Assembly: GCF_009914755.1 (NCBI RefSeq)
Contig: NC_060930.1
Direction: 5' to 3' (one strand)
Length of the DNA: 64,000 nt
Source of the DNA: the human T2T-CHM13v2.0 reference genome, Homo sapiens
Shown: positions 54,891 to 64,000 of the stretch, piece after piece
Position numbering within the stretch: the stretch's first letter is position 1
How the letters are laid out: every line of letters starts with the position of its first letter
Notes under the pieces: generated by a model
What the model was told of the DNA's origin: nothing
What the model saw: the letters and a program-made list of their open reading frames with translations, nothing else
Databases searched by the model: none
Made by a program: the position numbers and the translations under genes

Positions 54891-56727
54891 TTCAGCCCAG
54901 GTAAAATAATTGTAATCAGTCACAATTGTGAATGTTAATCGAAATCTAGAAAAGACTGTTCTCTTAAGGGTGAACCGCTGAGCCGACCATTATCCCTTTC
55001 TTGGGGGATGGGGAGAAATATGAGAGAAATAGAGAATGGCTACCCTCTGATTACCACGGAATTTAAGTTAACTGTGTACATATTCTCTATCTGGTTATTG
55101 TCAGGTTCCTAAATCTGTTGCCTAAAAAGTACAAAGAGTGTTCCTACAATACATGGAGGTTTTAATATTTTCCAAGTGTACTAACAATAATTTTGAGACT
55201 ATGTTTATTTGTTATAAAAAATGAATATTAGTTGTAAAGTAATTCTTGTTAACTCACTTAAAGGTTAAATAAATTTATTCACCAAAGTTGTGATAATTAA
55301 CATGTTAACCGGATTTCCCTGATCTGTTATAATTAACATGCGCAGTATATAAACTTTGTAGATTCCTTTGCAAAACAGATTTCCTTGCAATAATTAAATT
55401 GCAGTTGTTTATACTAAAAATTACATAAAATATTATTTTTCCACATTATGTCCATTTCCAATATGGTTTTGAGTTGCTTCCTGGTCCCTTGCCTGTAGAA
55501 GCTGGCCAGTTGCCCATATCTTATAATGAGGTACCACAGTGGAACAGAACTTCCTTCCCCACACCCCCTGCTGAGCACTATATTTCCATTAATGCAGCTC
55601 AAAATCATTTGATAGCCACATCACCAACTCACTTCACTTGAGCTGTCAACTATAACTCCTTTTCTTTTCTTACCTATGCTGTGGATAAATTTATCTTATA
55701 TCCTGCATTTCATTTTCCTATTCCCAAATATATACGACTTAGTAAATTTTACTTTTTATTTGTAGGTTAACAATCTAGCATGTCCAGATCATTTTTGCAT
55801 GTTTCTAAATCTTCATCTGTCATCTGATTATTTTAAAAACACTTCTTAATATAGAAACTCAAGCTTTGAGACAGGATGACTGAGGAATCTTAGGTTTAAA
55901 AACTAAAAGAGAGCACTGTGTAGAGTTGCATTGGGATAAGGTGGTTTTTCTTACCAGCAATTGTTTGGTAACCATCATTCGGGTCCATCAATAAACAACA
56001 GGAGTGACCAGTGAGTCAATCGCTGTAGTGCATCTGCTTCCCAGGGAGGCCATAGAGGGAAGGCAATTGACAAAGATGATAGGAGGTTTCTGCAGTATTA
56101 TGAGCCCAGCAGAAAAATAGATAAGATTTATTTTACATTGTCAAACATATGTTCAAGAATGTGAACTACAATCAGATGATCATTCTTCCCTACTATTTTT
56201 TCACCAGCCTGTTGGTAAGTGCACATCATATACTGTTATAGCTCTGGCACTTGTAGTCATAAATATGGTTTTGGAACAGCTTTCTAACTGGCAGCCGGGA
56301 AGAAAAAGGCACTTTCCTCCAAAGGCCATCCTTGGTCTTAAGAGACTCAAGTACCACATATCAAAGAGATAAGAGGCAACTATCAGCCAACATCACCAAC
56401 TCTTGGCACAGAGGATGGACTCCTCCATCCTGTTGAAAACATAATTCAGCCTAATCCTAAACAGTGTTTTCATATTATCCTCTAAAGCCAAAAATTTTCC
56501 TGCAAAGCTGAGCATAAATCAATTGTGCATTTTGAATTTACATCAGGTCAAAGACCCACATTTCTTGTTGCTTCCCAGTAGCTATTTTAAATCCTTCTAC
56601 CTTTCTCTTTTTCTTTGCAAAAGAATTTTTTCTGCTTTTCTCTTTCTAATCTTTCCCCACATTTAGCTGTCAGGGAGGTACTCTTTGCATAAACTAGGTG
56701 AATTCCATGTTTAAAAAATATGTGCTT

Positions 56728-57025
56728 GGCCGGGCGCGGTGGCTCACGCCTGTAATCCCAGCACTTTGGGAGGCCGAGGTGGGCGGATCGCAAGGTCAGG
56801 AGATCGAGACCATCCTGGCTAACACGGTGAAACCCCGTCTCTACTAAAAATACAAAAAATTAGCCGGGCACGGTGGCGGGCGCCTGTAGTCCCAGCTACT
56901 CGGGGAGGCTGAGGCAGGAGAATGGCGTGAACCTGGGCGGCGGAGCTTGCAGTGAGCCAAGATTGAGCCACTGCACTCCAGCCTGGGTGGCAGAGCGAGA
57001 CTCTGTCTCAAAAAAAATAAAAAAT
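56728..57025 (+). mobile_element. Full-length AluY with perfect 15-bp TSD
   Basis: GGCCGGGCGCGGTGGCTCACGCC; AluY diagnostics; TSD AAAAAATATGTGCTT at 56713-56727 and 57026-57040; TT/AAAA endonuclease site. Confidence 0.98.
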
Positions 57026-58653
57026 AAAAAATATGTGCTTTGTTGCTTTCCTTTTTTTGTTGTTGTTGGTGGTGGTGGGGAAGCAGGATAAGGAAGAATA
57101 TATTTTTAGTGTCTGTTAAATTGCTAAAGCACTCACATTAGGAACAAACAGGCAAGAAACTAATCAATAAGATACGGGCCAGGACAGAAAATAAATCTAA
57201 AAAATAGCCACTCAGAAAGTAGCATGGTACAGTAGAAAGACTGAGGGCTTTCAGTTCAGCCAGAAACATGGAGTCCTCTACTTCTTGTGTAGCCTTCGGC
57301 ATGTAATTCTCAAAGCCTTTTTACTTACCAGCAATCTGGGGTAACTCTTAACTCAAAATGTCGATTGAGAATTAAGAAAACATAGGTCCTACCACAGAAA
57401 GACCTGCAAAATCCTAATTCCTTTCAGTACCTACCAATAGTATGTGTAGGTGAGGGGAAGCAGGGAAGGTAGAGAGGAAGGAGTCAATCTGTCCAAAACG
57501 ACTTCTGGATTCTTTTGGCTTTTCTCCAGAAGCAATAAAAACTGGAAATTAGCTCTGTCCCCTAAAAGCTGGTGTATGTACATGGTATGAAAAGCACTAT
57601 CTCCATTGTTCATAGATTAACAATAATTCATAGGCAAGTTGGCTGATGACTCCTGCAAAATCTCTAAGCAGTGTGGCTTCATTATACATAAAATCTCGTG
57701 GATAAACTTCATTTTGAGGGCCCTGCTCATGAGGTGTTTTGTGCAGTACAGTTTTTTTAAGAGAACATTGTGAAGCAGTCCCTTTGAATATAAAAGGAAT
57801 CTCACTGGCACAAACCAAATGTCCAACCATGACTGAAACATGCAGACAGGAAGGAGAGGCCACAGGGGCATGTTTTATCTGCTGCCATGCTTATTTCCTT
57901 TGCTTCACGAAGGAGTATGGATCTTTTAAGATGCATGTGCTGCAAATGTGGGATTCCTTGGAGGAAAATTTGAATTAGATATTAACGCTGACCAGCTAGT
58001 TAATTCCTGGGAGCTCCTAGGCCAGCAGAGAAGTACTTAGGTGCCAATGACAGCAAGCATATATTCCCGACTGTGGGAATTACGTATTCCCTGTGGAGAG
58101 AATCTACTATCTCCAAGTGACAGCAACCTAGAGCCTCCAGGGTAACAAAACAAGGGTGTTAAGAGAAGGGGAATGAGGTAAAACAACATTTCACCAAGGA
58201 TGAGGTAGCATCCAGTGAGTTCCAACCTAAACAGTATTTATCCCATCAATCCTCACAACCATATTTGAAGAATGTTCAGTAACTTCCCAGTGCCTCTCTC
58301 CCCACTGACCCTGTTAGGGAGTCACTGATGCCCATTTGGACTCTAACCTTGTTTGTTGTTCTGAATGACAGACAAACTCCTGTGGCTTGGGATAGACAAT
58401 CTTTGCTTGGATGTTTGTGCTACTCATTTCCAAACATTTTAAGTAAACTTCTGTGGTAAAGTGAAGTATTTAAGAAAGACTGCTCTTCTAATCTAGATTG
58501 TGTTAAACCAGAAATTGAATTTTGATGTGTCATGCTTTAAACCATATAATGATGGAAAGAACTATAGAAATTTTTCAAAAGCGATTTTTAAACCAGTCTC
58601 TTCATTACATAAAGAATTCAAGGGATTAGAGTCCAGCTTTTCTGATTTAGCAC

Positions 58654-59115
58654 TGTGGCAGACAGTTTTCAAAGACAGCCCTCAGTGATCCCTGCCTCCT
58701 GGTAATCAGGCCCTTCTGTAATCCCCTACCCTTGAATGTGGACAGACCTAGTGATTTGCTTCTAATAGAACATGGCAAAAGTGATAGGAGGTCACTTCTA
58801 TACTTAGGTTATGAAAAACTTCATCCTGCCTTCTTGGTTTGCACACTTTGATGAAACAAGCTTCCCTGTTGAAGGGCCCCATATTGGCAAAGAACTGAGG
58901 ATGGCCTCCAGCCAACAGCCAGCAAGAACTGAGCCCTTACTCCAACAGCCTATGAGAAACAAAATCTTGGCACCAACCAACCAACGAGCTCAAAAATGGA
59001 TCTGGCTCCAGAAAAGCCTGAGATAAGCCTGCTCAGATTCCACACCACAGAAAACTGTGAGATAACTGGTTCGAAGTCAGTTTTATGACAATTTGTTGTC
59101 CAGCAATAGATCACA
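58654..59115 (+). mobile_element. MLT1E/F-like LTR
   Basis: TGTGGCAGAC...GATCCCTGCCTCCTGGTA...GGCCTCCAGCCAACAGCCAGCAAG...CAGCAATAGAT. Confidence 0.8.
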
Positions 59116-59830
59116 AGTATCACCTTATTTCCAACTTTAAATAGTAATTACCAATACCTTATAGTGTCTTTGGTCTATTTTAGTTTAAAAACATAATTGG
59201 GAATACCAAAATGAAAGTACATTATGACATCAAAAACTTAAAATAACAATCACCCCACAAATTTATCTGTGACTCATCCTGAGTATTGGGGTGATCCATG
59301 TTTTTATTTTCTTCTTAGTACTTTTATGTATTTTCTAAATTGTCTACAATTAACAGGCATAGTTTTAGAATCAAAAACTGACAATAAATGTATCACTGAA
59401 CGTATAAAATATCCCACTCTCAAAATGCAGTCAATAAAAATCAAATAAATGCACTAAATACAAATTCTTCACAGAATTAACTACCTTTCAAACATCGTTT
59501 CACAAAAGCAAATGATCCTTCTAATACTGATACATTAAACTGATACTTAAAAGATACATTTCTAGAGTAAGAGTGAGAAAAAGAACACATGCTTGAAAGT
59601 ACTAACATAATCTGAAATATATTTGAGTGACAGAATCAGGATAAACGGCCAGGACCACCTTATCTTAAAGCACTGTACTCAAGCTGACTAAAAATGAAGT
59701 AAGAAAATCTGAGTGTATATCACTCTTTATATCTTTTAATTAGAACCTTTTTTTGTTAGGTTACATTGTATATGTCTCCACACTTCAAATATATTTTTGG
59801 GGAATAACTTGATTTAAAAATGACACACCA

Positions 59831-60151
<321 letters not shown>

Positions 60152-60654
60152 TCAAAATATAGTCAATGAAGAGTTCCAACACTTATTTATATACATTGTC
60201 AATGAACTTAAGCAGAAGGTAGAATATTCAAAATCTGACTCAAGTAAGTCATTTGGGATGCCTATTTGGCAAAGGGAGGAATCGGGACTCTGGTCGCTAA
60301 ATGATGAAACAACTTTGCAGGGGAACTCAACATGCATTTTGTTATTGTTGAAGTAGAAAAGGATATTAGATATTTAGCTACCTCAAATCAGATCTGAGTT
60401 AGCAAATCGGTTTTACTGACTTGTTTGGAATGAGATCAGGTTGAGACATGAAACAATCGAAAATCTGTCTAGTTATGGAACATAAGACATATCCAATGCT
60501 CCAAAGAAGAGCTTACAACTATCTTAATATGAATTTTGCTACTCTGGAAAATCCAGATGTGGTATAGCTTCCTGAAAGAGGCCATGAACATGTCTTCCTT
60601 ATGAAGTTACCATCTTTTTAGAAAAGAATGCATAAGCCCTGGTATAAGGGTGAG

Positions 60655-60865
60655 GGGCAGTGGAATGATCATTGGTCTCAGCCTGAAAAGATCTATCTAC
60701 TCAGTCATTTTCTAGCTGTGTGATCCTGGACAAATAAAAACCTCTCTAGCTTCATTAAAATTATTTATACAATTCAAGTGATATTTATTTACTATTTCAT
60801 TGGCTGGTTGAAAACCTTGTATGAGAATTAGAGCTTTATAAACCAAAATTGACACATAAATGTAG
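60655..60865 (+). mobile_element. Degenerate MIR
   Basis: CTAGCTGTGTGATCCTGGACAAAT...AACCTCTCT. Confidence 0.55.
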
Positions 60866-62738
60866 GGCTTCAAAAAATCACTATGAGCATAATGAAGTGG
60901 CTAAGACACAAAAGGTTGCCCAAGAGAAACAACTCAAAATTAATCCATGATCAGATATGGCACTGTAAAGTCTAAGAAAACATTGCTCCAAGCCTATTAT
61001 ATTCCTCTGAATTCACTGGTCCATTCTCAAGCAAGTATGCTGTGACGAGACTACTGACCGGGACATATGTCCATTGGCTGGTTATTTTTGAAACAAATTT
61101 TCCTACACTGGATAATTAAAAACACAGCTATGTACATTTGTCTTCCTGGTTGGCCCTCCTTTCAGAAATGGTCTTTATGTTAATTCATTTTTAACTCATG
61201 CCCAGAGACATTTCTGAAAGTATATACCAAAACACTATATTTCTGCCTCCTTGAAAAGCCAGAGCTACACACACACATACCGCTAAGCCTACTTGGGGCT
61301 TTGAAGCACAACCAACTGCAGCTGAAAGGCAGGCTCTTGTACTCTCTCCCTCACTCTAGGGACTATTATTGCTTTCTCCATGCAGATTCTGCTATAAGCA
61401 CAATAAAAATCAATGAAGACTTGGAACAGCTAAGACTAATATTTAAAAAAACGCTGAGGCTCCCGAAGTTCACATTCTTGCAAATTTTAGATAATGCCCC
61501 AAATATAAGTCACTCTTGATCATATACACACTCCTGTGTGTGCAAGCATAGTGTTCTAGCTTTCTACCACTCTGACCCAAATACTCACCCACGGTGTGCC
61601 TTCCTCCCAAATCCTTTCCTCTGGGTACCCTAAAACCTGCTTCTGAGGTAAAAGCCCATCCTAGAGCCCCCGCTTCCTTCCATTGCTCTGTTGAGCCTGA
61701 CTGAAGAAACCAACTGTAGATCAATGAACTTTCTGTCACCTCTCTTCCTAAACCAGGCCATACACTGGAGGCCAGGATAACTATCAGTCCAGGGCCTTGG
61801 CTACTTCTAACCTTCTCTGGTCAAGTCAAAAATCTGTCTTCCAATTTACTGAGATAAATAAAGAGTGCAGGGTAACTCCCTCAATGTCTCTTCTCCCATT
61901 TCAATCTCCCTTTCCTCCAGTCCTTCATATCAAAAGGCACGTCCTTCCCCATAAGACCAGTTCCTCCAAGCTGATGTCTAGAGGAGAAGACATTGAAAAT
62001 GAGGAAATCAACAGATGGTCGTTGTAGTAATACAAGTGAGAGGTAACAAGGGCTGGAACTAGAACTGAGGCTTCAAGAATGTTAGTATGTCCCCTCAGCC
62101 TCCCTCAACTGGAATTTTCAGAGAACCGGCAATCAGTGATATAACCACTAGCACAGGTGTGCATGCCCTTGCAAAACTAGTATCAGAGGAGAAAGGAAGA
62201 AACTTTACAGCATACTTCCATTCTCTGGAAAAAGATGGTTGAGAAGAGGCAGAAAGAAGAAAATAGTATAGAACAATGATCCCTAAAATTAGATTATGTA
62301 AAGTAACTTCATAGAATGTTGGAAGAAAATGTCTATTTATATTTACATTTCATCTTAAAAGAGGAGGAAATTACCTTTACTAACATTTACTACAGACTGA
62401 CACTGCTACCATCTCTCCAGTGACATCGACATCGTTTGCATCTTCTCACGATCTGTAGCTTAGGTGACCCAAGGGCAGAGTGGAAGTCCCAACAGTTCCC
62501 ACACTCTTTGGGTTGCTTTTAGCATGCAGCAAACCGAAGTTTATTTATGTCAAGTTGGGTGAATGTACAGATTTTTATTAACTCTTCTGAATTAAATAAT
62601 CTTTACAAAAAAAAAAAAGGCTTAAACAGATCCCTGCAACAGAACCGTGGATTTAAGATGTTTATAATGCAAGAAACAAACAAGCAATAAGAAAAATGGC
62701 AGAGACAACGCTTCTCCTAGAACAAAGGAGTTAAATAT

Positions 62739-62843
62739 CAGGCGTTAAACCAGAGAGAATCTCATCTGATTTGGCAAAACTCAGCCACACCAGGAGTTAA
62801 ACCAGAAAGAGTCTCATCTGATTTGGCAAAAACTTGGCCAAAA
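62739..62843. repeat. Two-copy ~52-bp tandem duplication
   Basis: CAGGCGTTAAACCAGAGAGAATCTCATCTGATTTGGCAAAACTCAGCCA / CAGGAGTTAAACCAGAAAGAGTCTCATCTGATTTGGCAAAAACTTGGCCA. Confidence 0.9.
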
Positions 62844-64000
62844 TAATTATGAAGACTATTTGAACTAAGGATGTACACCAATGTTGTTAGGATAAATTTT
62901 AAGATTAGAGTGAGCCCTGAGAAATTAGCTAATGATAAAATATGTGCAAATAATATCTTGGGATAAATTAATATATATATATATGGGGGTGTTTGCACAG
63001 AAAAACTTTTACTGATAAGAAGATGCCAACCAAGAAGTCTAGAGGCCATTGGCATAGAAGTTGGAGTCTAAGGCTGTGGGAACTACATTTCCTAGTCTTT
63101 GCGCTGGGGCAAAAATAACTGTACTTTAAGATTAGTAACATTCTAAAAGAATGTTTTATTTTTATTTGGGGGAAATTGTTGAAAACTTCTTAACCTCTAT
63201 TTTATTTTCTTCTCTGTTAAAGTCTTTTAATTTGCAATAATGAAGTATGATAAAAATGTGGGTAAACTAATATTATTCCCTTAACACACTTTGCTTTACA
63301 TATATTCTTAACTTAGCACATGAGAAGTAGTAGCAAGAAAAAAAAGAAACCTATTTTTGTTATACTTCACCCTAGCTAGACACTCAACATCTACATAGAC
63401 GTTAAGAGTTACATAAAATCAACCAAAGTTGCAGAGTTTGGTAGGTTAAGTCAGATATTTCAAATAGTCATACAAACTATTTCCTGCCCAAACACCTTGT
63501 CCTTTACTCTACTGACTTCCAAGCAGATTTTGGTAACTGACAAGTCCATCCTCAACATGCCTGAAAGGACCTTAGTTACTAAAGTATTATACTAAAAGAC
63601 AAAGCTCAAGTGTCTTTGCCTTCTTTGTGGGACCCCAGTGGCAGTGGCATCAGACATACACAGACAAGCAGGCATGGCAAATGTACTGTTTGGTGGTATC
63701 AGATCACCATTTAACAATAAAAACACACATTTCAAAGCACCTTGTCAAAAAGGAATAGATAACTGTATCTCATTACAATTTCCCTTACTACAAATACGGA
63801 AAGCAACTTTTAAAATGATCCAAAAAAGGAAACAAGATCCTTTCTTCTCCTCCGCCTCCTTTTCATTTTACAGGTCAATCCCGGACAGCCATGGGGGCAC
63901 TTCCCAAACTCTCCCACCTATATCCGAGACTTGGCCAGGCCCATCTACTTCTGCACGGATGTCAAAGAGGACAGTCCACTATTTCCAAAGAAGGTAGCAG

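Noticed and set aside
63638-63997. 119-aa ORF at the window end
   Set aside because: GTG start, no recognisable homology or exon structure.

Overview
Primate, almost certainly human, genomic DNA. The window is repeat-rich and apparently intergenic. I can support no intact protein-coding gene, RNA gene or CRISPR array. The main non-TE feature is a near-full-length processed pseudogene of RCC2 (TD-60) on the minus strand (~36,924-40,832). It has target-site duplications, a poly(A) remnant, no start codon, several stops and frameshifts, and a retained CpG-rich 5' end. The rest is L1 (a nested L1 with its 5'UTR, and a twin-primed 5'-inverted L1PB), 10 Alus, a solo LTR22-like LTR nested in MER21 nested in an old L1, MLT1 LTRs, L2/MIR, and DNA-transposon MITEs (MER47, MER20, MER5A, MER53). 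From memory and unverified, the layout may fit the RCC2P7 region on 6p12.1 between COL21A1 and DST. The best leads are a candidate L1 antisense promoter with a minus-strand splice donor (~1,230-1,450), the CpG-retaining pseudogene head with a rearranged open frame, and several templated-insertion or fold-back scars. I see no evidence for a new multi-gene system. Repeat subfamily names come from recalled consensus sequences and many boundaries are approximate.
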